64,000 nucleotides of DNA from Candidatus Woesearchaeota archaeon (GTDB taxonomy: Archaea > Nanobdellota > Nanobdellia > Woesearchaeales > GW2011-AR15). The stretch is from positions 5,702 through 69,701 of the forward strand of contig JAFGRO010000003.1 of assembly GCA_016935095.1 (NCBI GenBank). Reading direction: 5' to 3'. Positions 9,725-19,504 of the stretch are shown piece after piece (the first letter of the stretch is position 1; each line of letters opens with the position of its first letter). The position numbers and the translations under genes are program-made. The notes under the pieces are model-generated. The model saw nothing but the letters and a program-made list of their open reading frames with translations. It was not told the origin of the DNA and did not search any database.

Positions 9725-11047
9725 TTAATAATAGGTTTGCCCTGAAATTTCTTCTGGCTCCTCTTCAGAGCCTTTTAATTTATTAAAACCTACTATCAAT
9801 CCCAATATTACTAATAAAACAACTAAAACAACTAAGCCGATTTCAAGGCCTTTCTTAATGCTTTCCCAGTCGCCTGCAGGTGCTGGTTTTTCCTCTTTCC
9901 CTTCAACAATATTGACTGTCAAAGGAACCTGCTCTGTTTCTCCAGCAGATTCAATGCTTACCATGAAGATTTTCTCTCCAACAGATGCATCTTCATTTGC
10001 TGAAAGATAAAGGTAAGCTGTCTGTGTTTTCCTGCCATTTACAACAATTACATTACTTGGGTCAATTCTGTAAGTTCCCCAGGAATCAACTCCTGCTACT
10101 GAAAGAGTATATGTCTTTGAAGTAGCTCCTGTATTACTAATCATAATAGGATAAACTACCCCCCCTTCGTTTTGCTTGATATCCTGTTTTCCTGGAACAG
10201 TTATGATTGTCTTTTCTTCTTCTGAAGAAGAACCATAATCACAGGTCTCATCTTCTAAAATATCAATTGATGTCTCTTTTGAATTTGTTTCATAACCGTC
10301 ATCATATTCAACTTTTGCTTTTACAACATAAGTCCCTTCATCAACGCATTTTGGAATTCTAAGATATAAATCCTCTGAAGTTGTTGATTCATCTAATTCA
10401 AGCTCATCAATATATTCTGATGCTTCTAATCCAAGAGCAGGAATAGAAACACTTATTTTAATTCCTTCCTCATCCCTGTCTCCCATGTTTTTTACACGGA
10501 CACTGGCTAAAAGACCTCTTCCTGAAACAACTTCATTTGATGGGTCAAGAACAATATCTTTTATTACAACACTATGCCTTAATGAAGCAATTCTCAGATT
10601 ATAGCTATATTTCTGTGTTTCTCCATCCTGATTATTAATGTATATCCTTAATTTATATTTGTCATCATCTAAATCCATATCATCAGGAATCACTATACTC
10701 AGATAAAAAGTATCAACATCATTTGCTTTAAGATCAAACAAACCTGTCGAATCATAAAGCGATTTTCTTTCATATCCTATAATCTGTGCATCAATCTGGA
10801 CATTTTCAACTTTTTCTGTTGCTTTGATTTTAACTTTTATTTCCAGTTCCTCTCCCCTGTCAACTTTCACTCTTCCTTCTTTATCCTCTGGAACATCCTC
10901 GCCGTTAATCTCCACTTCGCAATTATATACTGGAATATCTGATGGTTCTTCATCTTCACCATAGCATCCTATGCATGCACCCACAGAAACAAAAGTCATG
11001 CTCAATATCATTAATACGATTAATAGACTTAAAATTTTATTCTTCAT
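9725..11047 (-). CDS. secreted CARDB/Ig-like repeat protein, C-terminally membrane anchored (S-layer-like)
   Basis: GGGGGAT SD before ATG 11047; signal peptide; beta-rich repeats (VRVKNMGDRDEEGIKISVSIP); C-terminal TM LVVLVVLLVILGLIVGF and acidic tail. Confidence 0.6.
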   Translation of the reverse strand: MKNKILSLLIVLMILSMTFVSVGACIGCYGEDEEPSDIPVYNCEVEINGEDVPEDKEGRVKVDRGEELEIKVKIKATEKVENVQIDAQIIGYERKSLYDSTGLFDLKANDVDTFYLSIVIPDDMDLDDDKYKLRIYINNQDGETQKYSYNLRIASLRHSVVIKDIVLDPSNEVVSGRGLLASVRVKNMGDRDEEGIKISVSIPALGLEASEYIDELELDESTTSEDLYLRIPKCVDEGTYVVKAKVEYDDGYETNSKETSIDILEDETCDYGSSSEEEKTIITVPGKQDIKQNEGGVVYPIMISNTGATSKTYTLSVAGVDSWGTYRIDPSNVIVVNGRKTQTAYLYLSANEDASVGEKIFMVSIESAGETEQVPLTVNIVEGKEEKPAPAGDWESIKKGLEIGLVVLVVLLVILGLIVGFNKLKGSEEEPEEISGQTYY

Positions 11048-11204
11048 TTTTAATATCCCCCTCATTATTTAGATTATTATGCTTTCCCCTTTTTTATTTT
11101 GAATAACTGTAAGCTACTATTTAAAGCTTTCGTTTAATGAGCATAAAAGAGTAGATACAGCTGATTACCATTTAAAAGTAATGTTCAAAAGTATTTATAT
11201 TTTT

Positions 11205-14066
11205 CTATTGATCTATCAAAAACTCCCTGTATACTGCCCTATTAAACTCATTGTTATTTACTGCAATTCTCAGGTAACTGAATCCCGGCTCTGCATATTC
11301 AGGAATTCCAAGCCTCATTATAATTGTTTCAGATTCTCCCTGCTTCATGTCTCCAAGCCTTTTTGTTATTTTTTCACTGTATCGTGGAAGATATGCTGTA
11401 ACCATTACATTTTCCTGTTTGTATCTTCCTATATTTTTTACTGTAACCCTTGAAATTAATTCGGCTCCGGGCCTGATTTGCTCCTCATTTAATATTGCAA
11501 TATCCACAAAAGCTGTCTGTTTTGGCACATCTCCCTGCCAGTCTTCTGTTTCTGGATTGCAGTCATCATCTTTACCATTATAAGGAATTTCTTCTTTGCC
11601 TGGATTTACTTCGGGGTCAAAATCATCACAGTCTTCTCCTGCAAAGTAACCGTCTCCGTCAGCATCATCATCACATAAGTTTCCAATACCATCTGAATCA
11701 GAATCCCTCTGCCAGGGATTCCAAACATCTGGACAATTATCATCTTCATCACAAATCCCATCTTTGTCCGAATCTATGCAATCATCACACCTGTCATCAA
11801 TATAATCACAATCAATGTCAATAAAACCCTCTTCAAAATCACATATTCCTTCCCCGCAAAAATATTCCCTGTAAACTATTTTTTTCTTATGACATTTTTC
11901 ACTGCAGTCAGATTCAAAACAAGGATTCTTGTTTGTGTAATTTTTTTTCTCTAAAGGCTTTTCATAGCAGCCAGTATACTGCCTGCAATCTACAACATCA
12001 TCACTGCCACGGTCATCTCCGTCACAATCAGGCTGATGCAGGATAAATTCATTTTCACAAAAATCATATACTTCTCCGGGGTCAAGAACACATTGTCCTG
12101 CCACACATGACTCTTCATCTATTATATATTCTTTAATAAAAGGGTCAAGCTCTGTCTGGGAATCATCGCAAAAATCATTCCCACAGGATTCCTCAAACTC
12201 ATCCTTGTCATATGGATTCACACTATTGCAAAGGCCGGTTGCTGCATTACATCCTCCTGTGTAGCATGTTTTTTCTTTCCAGACATCCCCTGATTTACAG
12301 TAATAATTCCAGGGATTACAGTATGCTTCACTGCAGTCATCAACTACATTTTCTGTTGTTTTTTCATCTTCGCAAGAAGCACTTGTTGAAGTTTCAACAC
12401 AGGTAAAGTCAAAACAATCTCTGTCTCCATGAGAATCATCATTCTGGCAATAATAATTCCATGAATTACAATAATCCATATCATTACAGTCTTTTTTTAA
12501 AGTATTTGTTTCATCTGTTTCATAATTGCCTGAATCTCCGGGACAATAATAGTCAACTTTTCTTGTCCATAATTCATCTGTTGAACAGTAATCATATTCA
12601 TAATCAAAAATATCATCAGGCTGGTGTCCCTGCTCATAGTATTGGCAATTTTCATCACAGCATGGCTCAACAGGATCACATTCACAAATGATTTTATTTT
12701 TAAAAGCAATCTGAGTACAGTCATCTCCTTTTTTTACCTGAGCGAGGAACTCAGGCAATGTCACTGGTTCCCATCCAGGCTGCATTATTTCCCAGAACCT
12801 ATATTCACTCGGGGGTAAATTATCAAACCTAAATGAACCATCTGAACCTGTAATTGTTATATATTCATGGCCAGAGCCATCTGCTTTTTTAGCATGAATT
12901 TCCCAACCTTCTAATCCAACATGGTTATCATCTCTTTTAATTCCTTCAACACAACCTTCTTCAGGCACAGATTGTTTATTAATAAAATAAACTCTTGAAC
13001 ATGAAGAACTAGAAGTAACTGTAATATTCTTACATTCAGAAGTAACTGATTCCCATCCGGGCTGCATTTCCTCACAAACTTCCCATTGGCCAACAGGAAC
13101 ATTATTGAATTTGAAATATCCTGTGCCATCTGTCATTGTTAATCTGCTTAAATCAGGAATTTGAATTTTCCAGCCAGGCAAGCCAATGTTTACATTATCT
13201 TTTTTATAGCCGTCAATACATCCATATTGAGTAACATGTTCACATTGACATGAACTTAAATCACACTTATCTGTTGTATATGGATTATAATCATTACAGT
13301 CATCATCAGAATCGCATTGCGCTCCGCATTTTCCCTGAACACATTGTGGATTGCTCCATGGATCATTTATACAATCACAACCACCATTACAATATCCATA
13401 ATTATCTTCTCTTGTCCTGAGCTTTACACCAATACAATCTTCATTATCCTGAAAACAATAAGAATTGTCATCAGAATAACGGGGCTCACAGTCTTCCCCT
13501 GAATCTACATTACCATCTCCGCAATATGGTAAAGTTGTATGCTTACATAAACAATCAACACAATCATCTGTAGTATGGATATTACCATCATTACACTGTG
13601 AATCAAACTCACATTGCTCCCAGCCTTGGTTAATTTGACCATCTCCGCAATATGGCTCTGGAGCACATGATCCACTATACCAAACCATATATCCTAATAA
13701 ATCATCACTATCACAAGACCAACCTCCTTGATCTCTACAGTTATGGTTAAAAACATCTATTTGCTGAGTATTTTCACAAGCACTCAAATCAAAAGAACCA
13801 GAATTCCCAAGATTTTGTTCATTACTTCTACATTCATCCCTTTTTCCAGAACAAGTATATAGAACAACCCATGAACCTGAACAATAACCTGTATTAGGAT
13901 TACAATTTGCCGGACAATTATAATATGTTGCAGCATAGCCGCTTCCACATAAATTAGTATATTCTCCTTTCCCACCTGGACCTGCTCTTCCTGCAGTAAC
14001 AAAATTAAAAGCATTAATCAAAACAATTAACAAAATCAATGATTTAAAAATAATTGTTCTTCTCAT
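11205..14066 (-). CDS. secreted Cys-rich mosaic adhesin-like protein (CGDG Cys-rich repeats, 2x SdrD-B/prealbumin-like, thrombospondin type-3 repeat, MopE-like motif, CARDB-like C-terminus)
   Basis: SD GAGGGGGAG before ATG 14066; signal peptide; YCGDGQIN..CEFDSQCNDGN; duplicated GW(K/E)I..DG(T/S)G.F(K/R)F(N/D)N(V/L)P..MQPGWE(S/P)VT; DSDKDGICDEDDNCPDVWNPWQRDSDSDGIGNLCDDD; DADGDGYFAGEDCDDFDPEVNPG. Confidence 0.75.
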   Translation of the reverse strand: MRRTIIFKSLILLIVLINAFNFVTAGRAGPGGKGEYTNLCGSGYAATYYNCPANCNPNTGYCSGSWVVLYTCSGKRDECRSNEQNLGNSGSFDLSACENTQQIDVFNHNCRDQGGWSCDSDDLLGYMVWYSGSCAPEPYCGDGQINQGWEQCEFDSQCNDGNIHTTDDCVDCLCKHTTLPYCGDGNVDSGEDCEPRYSDDNSYCFQDNEDCIGVKLRTREDNYGYCNGGCDCINDPWSNPQCVQGKCGAQCDSDDDCNDYNPYTTDKCDLSSCQCEHVTQYGCIDGYKKDNVNIGLPGWKIQIPDLSRLTMTDGTGYFKFNNVPVGQWEVCEEMQPGWESVTSECKNITVTSSSSCSRVYFINKQSVPEEGCVEGIKRDDNHVGLEGWEIHAKKADGSGHEYITITGSDGSFRFDNLPPSEYRFWEIMQPGWEPVTLPEFLAQVKKGDDCTQIAFKNKIICECDPVEPCCDENCQYYEQGHQPDDIFDYEYDYCSTDELWTRKVDYYCPGDSGNYETDETNTLKKDCNDMDYCNSWNYYCQNDDSHGDRDCFDFTCVETSTSASCEDEKTTENVVDDCSEAYCNPWNYYCKSGDVWKEKTCYTGGCNAATGLCNSVNPYDKDEFEESCGNDFCDDSQTELDPFIKEYIIDEESCVAGQCVLDPGEVYDFCENEFILHQPDCDGDDRGSDDVVDCRQYTGCYEKPLEKKNYTNKNPCFESDCSEKCHKKKIVYREYFCGEGICDFEEGFIDIDCDYIDDRCDDCIDSDKDGICDEDDNCPDVWNPWQRDSDSDGIGNLCDDDADGDGYFAGEDCDDFDPEVNPGKEEIPYNGKDDDCNPETEDWQGDVPKQTAFVDIAILNEEQIRPGAELISRVTVKNIGRYKQENVMVTAYLPRYSEKITKRLGDMKQGESETIIMRLGIPEYAEPGFSYLRIAVNNNEFNRAVYREFLIDQ

Positions 14067-14214
14067 TCTCTCCCCCTCAATTACCAATCAAAAAACATAA
14101 GCAACGGTGTGTAATTTCAGCTTATATTTAAATATATTCTTTAATTTTCTACTTAATAGTAATTTCACAAAGTAATTATTAATTAATAATTAAAAAATAA
14201 AAAAACAGTAAATA

Positions 14215-14236
14215 AAAAATCCAAAAGAAATTTATA
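14215..14236 (+). promoter_or_regulatory. BRE/TATA promoter of the geranylgeranyl reductase gene (leaderless)
   Basis: AAAAATCCAAAAGAAATTTATA; TATA centred about 25 nt before ATG 14259. Confidence 0.4.
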
Positions 14237-14258
14237 GTATCCAATTAAGTTAAAAAAC

Positions 14259-15371
14259 ATGATCTCAATTATTGGTGCAGGACCTGTTGGAAATTATACT
14301 GCTTTTTTATTAGCAAAATCAGGAAAAAAAGTACAGGTTTTTGAAGAACATTCTTCTGTTGGCAAGCCTGTTCAGTGTACTGGAATTGTAAGCAGTTCTT
14401 TCAAATATATAATCAAACCAAAAAAGGAATTTGTCATCAATGAAATTAATAAAACCAGAATATATTCCCCAAATGGAAAATCCATTGAATTGAAAATAAA
14501 GACTAATTATATTCTGGACAGGGAAAAGTTTGATTCATATCTCGCTGAAAAAGCAAAAAAAGAAGGAGCTGAATTTTATTTAAACAGCAAGTTCATTGGT
14601 CTTGAAAAAAATAAAATCAGGATAAAACAAAAAAATAAAATTAAATTATATAAAACGGATTATTTAATTGGAGCAGATGGGCCATTGTCCCAGGTTGCCA
14701 ATATTTCTAAATTATTCGGAAAAAGAAGATTTCTCATTGGATCACAGGTAAGGGTAAAATTAAGTAATGATAATACTGTTGAGTTCTATCCTTTCATCGG
14801 AAATTTTGCATGGGTTGTTCCTGAGGACAAAGAAACTGTAAGAATAGGTGTTGCTTCCTATAAAAAGACAAATTTGTTTTTAAATGATTTTTTACAGAAA
14901 TTAAAAATAAAAGATAATCAGATTATTGAAAAACAGTCAGGTGTAATCCCAATTTATAATCCCTGGCTCAGAACCCAACAAAAGAACATTTTTCTTATAG
15001 GGGATGCCGCAACACAAGTCAAGGCCACTTCTGGAGGCGGCATAGTACAGGGACTTATTGCAGCTGAATGTCTGAGTGAATCAATAATTCAAAACAAGAA
15101 TTACCAAAAAGTATGGAAGAAAAAGATTGGCATAGAATTATATGTTCATCTGATTGCAAGAAGAATTATGGACAATTTCAAAGACAAAGACTGGAATAAT
15201 CTTACAAAACTGTGTTCTCAACAAAAAATAAAAAAACTCCTTTATGAAGAAGAGAGAGACAATTTGGTTAAATTAGGATTCAGAATGGCTATAAAAGAAC
15301 CTAAACTCCTCACTTTTTTCTGTTATCTCTTCCAAAAACCAAAGCCTTTATATATAAAAAAATTTTCTTAA
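14259..15371 (+). CDS. geranylgeranyl reductase family flavoprotein (archaeal lipid saturation)
   Basis: FAD motif IIGAGPVGNYTAFLLAKSGKKVQVFE; GKPVQCTGIVS; GDAA motif LIGDAATQVKATSGGG. Confidence 0.85.
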   Translation: MISIIGAGPVGNYTAFLLAKSGKKVQVFEEHSSVGKPVQCTGIVSSSFKYIIKPKKEFVINEINKTRIYSPNGKSIELKIKTNYILDREKFDSYLAEKAKKEGAEFYLNSKFIGLEKNKIRIKQKNKIKLYKTDYLIGADGPLSQVANISKLFGKRRFLIGSQVRVKLSNDNTVEFYPFIGNFAWVVPEDKETVRIGVASYKKTNLFLNDFLQKLKIKDNQIIEKQSGVIPIYNPWLRTQQKNIFLIGDAATQVKATSGGGIVQGLIAAECLSESIIQNKNYQKVWKKKIGIELYVHLIARRIMDNFKDKDWNNLTKLCSQQKIKKLLYEEERDNLVKLGFRMAIKEPKLLTFFCYLFQKPKPLYIKKFS

Positions 15372-15407
15372 CTTTAGAGGAGAAAATATCCTTTTTCTCG
15401 ACTAAAA

Positions 15408-17861
15408 ATGAAAGAAGAACCAAACCCAGAAAATAGTGAAAAGCCTATTGGTAAGATAGTCCCGACAGTAATAGAAAAAGAAATGAAAAAGTCTTTTTTA
15501 GAATATTCTATGAGTGTCATTGTGAGCAGGGCTTTGCCTGATATAAGAGACGGATTAAAACCTGTACACAGAAGGATTTTATATGCTATGAATGAAATAG
15601 GATTACAGCATAATAAACCCTTTAAAAAATGCGCCAGGATTGTCGGAGAAGTTCTTGGCAAATATCATCCTCACGGAGATTCTGCTGTTTATGATTCTTT
15701 GGTCAGAATGGCCCAGACCTGGTCATTAAGATATCCCCTGATTCAGGGCCAGGGAAATTTTGGCAGTATAGATGGAGATTCTGCCGCTGCAATGCGTTAT
15801 ACTGAAGCCCGCTTATCAAAAATCTCCAACGAAGTATTACTGGATATTGAAAAAGAAACTGTTGAATTCCAGAAGAACTTTGATGAATCATTATTAGAAC
15901 CAAAAATCCTGCCAACCGTGTTGCCGAACCTGTTAGTAAATGGCTCTTCAGGAATTGCTGTCGGCATGGCAACAAATATTCCGCCGCATAATATAACAGA
16001 GGTTTGTGATGCAATTATTCAAACCATAAAAAATCCTGAAATTACAATCAAAGATATTGCAGAAATCATAAAAGGACCGGATTTCCCAACAGGAGCCCAG
16101 TTATGCGGCAGAAACGGCATATTACATGCTTACACTTCCGGAAGAGGAAAAGTTAAGATTAGGGCCCTAATAAATGTTGAAGAAAAAAAAGGAAAACAAA
16201 GACTAATAATTAATGAGATTCCATATATGGTTAATAAATCCCAGTTATTGGAACAAATTGCCGTTCTTGTTAAAGATAAAATTATAGAGGGAATCTCAGG
16301 ACTTAGAGATGAATCTGACAGAAAAGGGATGAGAATTGTCATTGAACTTAAAAAAGACGCTAATCCTGACATTGTAATCAACCAGCTTTATAAGCACTCC
16401 AGGTTGGAGGCTACCCAGGGAGTAATGTTCCTTGCTCTGGTAAATAATATCCCCAGAGTACTGAATCTAAAAGAATTAATTGAGGCCCATATCCAGCACA
16501 GGGTAGAAATTGTCACAAAAAGAACCCAATTTGAGTTAAAAAGAGCAGAAGAGAGAGCTCATATTCTTGAAGGGATAATCATTGCTTTAAATAATATTGA
16601 AAGCATAATTAACAAAATTAGAAAATCAAAAGACATTGAGCATGCAAAAGACATCCTGATGAGTGATTATAATTTAACAGAAATCCAGGCAAAAGCTATC
16701 CTTGATATGAAATTACAGAAGCTTGCCTCTTTAGAACAGGAAAAAATAAAGATTGAATATAATGAACTAAAAAAACTAATCCAGAAATTAAAAGATATTC
16801 TGGCCAGTAAAGATGCTATTCTGGACATAATAATTAAGGAACTGAATAATTTAAAAGAAACCTATGGTGATGAAAGAAGAACAAAGATCATTGAATATGA
16901 AGAAGATCTTGACATAGAGGATTTAATCGAAGAAGAAGATGTCGTCGTCACTATAAGTCACAGCGGATACATCAAAAGATTGGCGTTAACTGAATACAAA
17001 CAACAGTTCAGGGGTGGAAAAGGAGTTATAGGTGCAGAAACAAAAGAAGAGGATTTTATTGAACATATCTTCATAGCAAATACTCATTCATATCTTTTAG
17101 TTTTTACAAATAAAGGTAAAATTTACTGGGTTAAGGTTTATAAGATTCCCAGGACTGGAAGATATTCTAAAGGTAAGGCAATTGTCAATCTAATTGAAGG
17201 CTTTGATAAAAATGAAAAAATCTCTGCTGTGATTCCAATAAAGGAATTTGACAATAATCATTATCTATTATTTGCGACTAAAAAAGGCATTATCAAAAAA
17301 ACAAAACTCATGGCATATTCAAGACCAAGGCACGGGGGAATATGGGCAATAAATCTGGAAGAAAATGATGATGTTATTGATGTTGTTCTCACAGATGGAT
17401 CCAAAAAAATAATTCTTGCAAGTAAATTCGGCCAGGCTGTTAAATTCAATGAAACAGATGCAAGGCCATTAAGCAGATATTCAAAAGGAGTCATTGGCAT
17501 GAGATTAAGAAAAGAGGATGAAATTAAGGGTATGGTAATTGCAGAGGATACTAAAACCCTGCTGACAATAACTGAAAATGGATATGGAAAGAGAACAATA
17601 ATTGATGAATATAGATTAATCAACAGAGGCGGCTCCGGAGTTATAAATATCCAGACAACTGAAAGAAACGGGAATGTCGTTGCAATTAAATCAGTTACTG
17701 AAGAAGACGAAATAATATTAATAAGCTATGAAGGCAAGGTTATCAGAACCTCATGCAAGTTTATTTCTGTAATTGGAAGAAACACCCAGGGTGTAAGATT
17801 AATGAGGCTAAATCAGGGAGACAGATGTGTTGATGTTGCCAAAGTTATAAACGGAGATTAA
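15408..17861 (+). CDS. gyrA: DNA gyrase subunit A
   Basis: [43 protein letters not shown] (catalytic Tyr), C-terminal beta-pinwheel repeats. Confidence 0.95.
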   Translation: MKEEPNPENSEKPIGKIVPTVIEKEMKKSFLEYSMSVIVSRALPDIRDGLKPVHRRILYAMNEIGLQHNKPFKKCARIVGEVLGKYHPHGDSAVYDSLVRMAQTWSLRYPLIQGQGNFGSIDGDSAAAMRYTEARLSKISNEVLLDIEKETVEFQKNFDESLLEPKILPTVLPNLLVNGSSGIAVGMATNIPPHNITEVCDAIIQTIKNPEITIKDIAEIIKGPDFPTGAQLCGRNGILHAYTSGRGKVKIRALINVEEKKGKQRLIINEIPYMVNKSQLLEQIAVLVKDKIIEGISGLRDESDRKGMRIVIELKKDANPDIVINQLYKHSRLEATQGVMFLALVNNIPRVLNLKELIEAHIQHRVEIVTKRTQFELKRAEERAHILEGIIIALNNIESIINKIRKSKDIEHAKDILMSDYNLTEIQAKAILDMKLQKLASLEQEKIKIEYNELKKLIQKLKDILASKDAILDIIIKELNNLKETYGDERRTKIIEYEEDLDIEDLIEEEDVVVTISHSGYIKRLALTEYKQQFRGGKGVIGAETKEEDFIEHIFIANTHSYLLVFTNKGKIYWVKVYKIPRTGRYSKGKAIVNLIEGFDKNEKISAVIPIKEFDNNHYLLFATKKGIIKKTKLMAYSRPRHGGIWAINLEENDDVIDVVLTDGSKKIILASKFGQAVKFNETDARPLSRYSKGVIGMRLRKEDEIKGMVIAEDTKTLLTITENGYGKRTIIDEYRLINRGGSGVINIQTTERNGNVVAIKSVTEEDEIILISYEGKVIRTSCKFISVIGRNTQGVRLMRLNQGDRCVDVAKVINGD

Positions 17862-17904
17862 TCCAAAACCAATAAAAACCAACCTTGTTTCTAAAATTAA
17901 TATA

Positions 17905-19068
17905 ATGAATTATAAAGGATTAGCAATAACTCACATAGGAACAGAAGATATCTGTGCTAAAGAAATAAAAGAGATAATAAAAGCAAATAACATTAAAATT
18001 AAAGACACCGTTGTTCTATTTGAAACAGATGATCTTTTAAATCTCTGTAAATTATGCTATAAATCCCAGTCTGTTTTCAGGATATTGTATCTATCTGATG
18101 AAATAAAAATTTTTCCTGACTTGGAAAAATCCATCAATGAAGTTAAAAAAAAAAAAATAAATTTCAGTAACTGGCTGGATAAAGATTCCTTGCTTAAAGT
18201 TGAATGTGAAAGGCACGGCAACCATGATTTCAGAAGTGTTGACATAGCATCAAAGATTGCTGATATTATTAAAAGCAAAAACAAAGAATTCAAATTCACT
18301 TACAATAATCCTGATTTAATTTTCTACGTTTATATTTATGAAGACAAAGGTTATATTGGATTAGATTTTTCAGGAAGGGATTTAAGCAAGCGTGACTATA
18401 AAATCTTTCAGACAAGGAATTCATTAAAAGGAACATTAGCCTATTCTTTAATAAGGGTGTCCGGATTCAAAGAGGGAAATATGTTGGTCGACCCTTTTTG
18501 CAGAGAAGGCATAATCCCGATCGAAGCTTCCTTGTTTTCCCAAAAGTTTCCTGTAAACTATTTTTCAAAAGATAAATTTTTATTTTCAAAATTCAGATTC
18601 CTGAATAAAACTGATTTTGATGATTTTTTTAAAGAGATTGACAGCAAAATTATCAAAAGTAAAACAGAAATCCATGCATTAGATGCCCAACTCAGGTTGA
18701 TAAAATTTTCCCAGAAAAACGCAAAAATAGCCGGAGTTTTTAAATATATTAATTTCAGCAAAAAAAACATTGAGTGGCTTGATACGAAATTTGAAAAAAA
18801 TTCTGTAGATAATATTGTTGCTCATCCTTTGCAAACAGGTAAATACAGCAATATAAAAGAAATTGAAAAAACATATAATGAGTTATTTTACCAGGCAGAG
18901 TATATATTAAAAAACAAGGGCAATATTTGCCTTATTTCAAAAGAAACAGAGCTTCTAGAGAAATCTGCGGAAAAACACAAGTTTAAAATACTAGAAAAAA
19001 GAGAAGTATATTCAGGCAAATTGCCTCTTTTCATAATAAAATTTTCCAAAAAAAATGCCAAACTGTGA
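17905..19068 (+). CDS. THUMP-domain RNA methyltransferase homologue (Trm14/RlmL-like) with degenerate SAM and catalytic motifs
   Basis: Family layout with LVDPFCREGIIPIEAS (normally DPxCGSGT) and IVAHPLQTG (normally NPPYG). Confidence 0.65.
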   Translation: MNYKGLAITHIGTEDICAKEIKEIIKANNIKIKDTVVLFETDDLLNLCKLCYKSQSVFRILYLSDEIKIFPDLEKSINEVKKKKINFSNWLDKDSLLKVECERHGNHDFRSVDIASKIADIIKSKNKEFKFTYNNPDLIFYVYIYEDKGYIGLDFSGRDLSKRDYKIFQTRNSLKGTLAYSLIRVSGFKEGNMLVDPFCREGIIPIEASLFSQKFPVNYFSKDKFLFSKFRFLNKTDFDDFFKEIDSKIIKSKTEIHALDAQLRLIKFSQKNAKIAGVFKYINFSKKNIEWLDTKFEKNSVDNIVAHPLQTGKYSNIKEIEKTYNELFYQAEYILKNKGNICLISKETELLEKSAEKHKFKILEKREVYSGKLPLFIIKFSKKNAKL

Positions 19069-19504
19069 TATGTGCGGAAAAATTGCAGAAAGATTGTACT
19101 GCTGCTTAATAGAAGGCAGTGAACTAAATGTCTGTGAAAATTGCGCCAGATTCGGGAAGATAATTAAAAAACCGATTAAAAATATAATAAAAAAAAAAGT
19201 AATTACAAAACCTGAAAAAGAGATAATCCAGATTGTAAAAGAAGATTATGCTGCAATTATAAGAAGCAAAAGAGAAAAACTTGGTTTAAAACAAAAGGAA
19301 TTTGCAGTAAAGCTCTCTGAAAAAGAATCATTGATTCAAAAAATAGAAACTTCCCAGATAAAACCATCATTAAAACTTGCAAAGAAACTGGAAAGGTTTC
19401 TTAATGTAGAGTTGATTGAACAAATAGAACTTAAGCCAGAAACAAATTCTTCAGATAAAAATCCCGGAAAGCTCACAATAGGGGATATGATAAAATTAAA
19501 GTGA
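19055..19504 (+). CDS. mbf1: archaeal multiprotein-bridging factor 1 (Zn-ribbon plus HTH)
   Basis: N-terminal CDMCG..CENC zinc ribbon; cro/C1-type HTH KLGLKQKEFAVKLSEKESLIQKIE. Confidence 0.85.
   Translation: MPNCDMCGKIAERLYCCLIEGSELNVCENCARFGKIIKKPIKNIIKKKVITKPEKEIIQIVKEDYAAIIRSKREKLGLKQKEFAVKLSEKESLIQKIETSQIKPSLKLAKKLERFLNVELIEQIELKPETNSSDKNPGKLTIGDMIKLK

Noticed and set aside
11181-14014. Multiple 60-110 aa ORFs on both strands inside the 953-aa Cys-rich gene (e.g. 11495..11824, 12212..12406, 12497..12724, 13784..14014)
   Set aside because: They lie entirely within a long ORF that has clear domain content. They have low-complexity His/Leu/Ile-rich translations and no start signals. These are typical shadow ORFs.
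14215-14231. Identical 17-mer AAAAATCCAAAAGAAAT at 14215-14231 and 36960-36976 as evidence of a mobile element
   Set aside because: Both copies sit immediately upstream of a TATA box about 25 nt before a start codon. Related versions (TCCAAAGATTTTATATA at 23141; CCAAAAATTATATAA at 47401) occur at other promoters. The best explanation is the organism's BRE/TATA promoter consensus.
15374-15661. 95-aa minus-strand ORF overlapping the gyrA start
   Set aside because: It is a shadow of the highly conserved gyrA N-terminus and has no independent signal.
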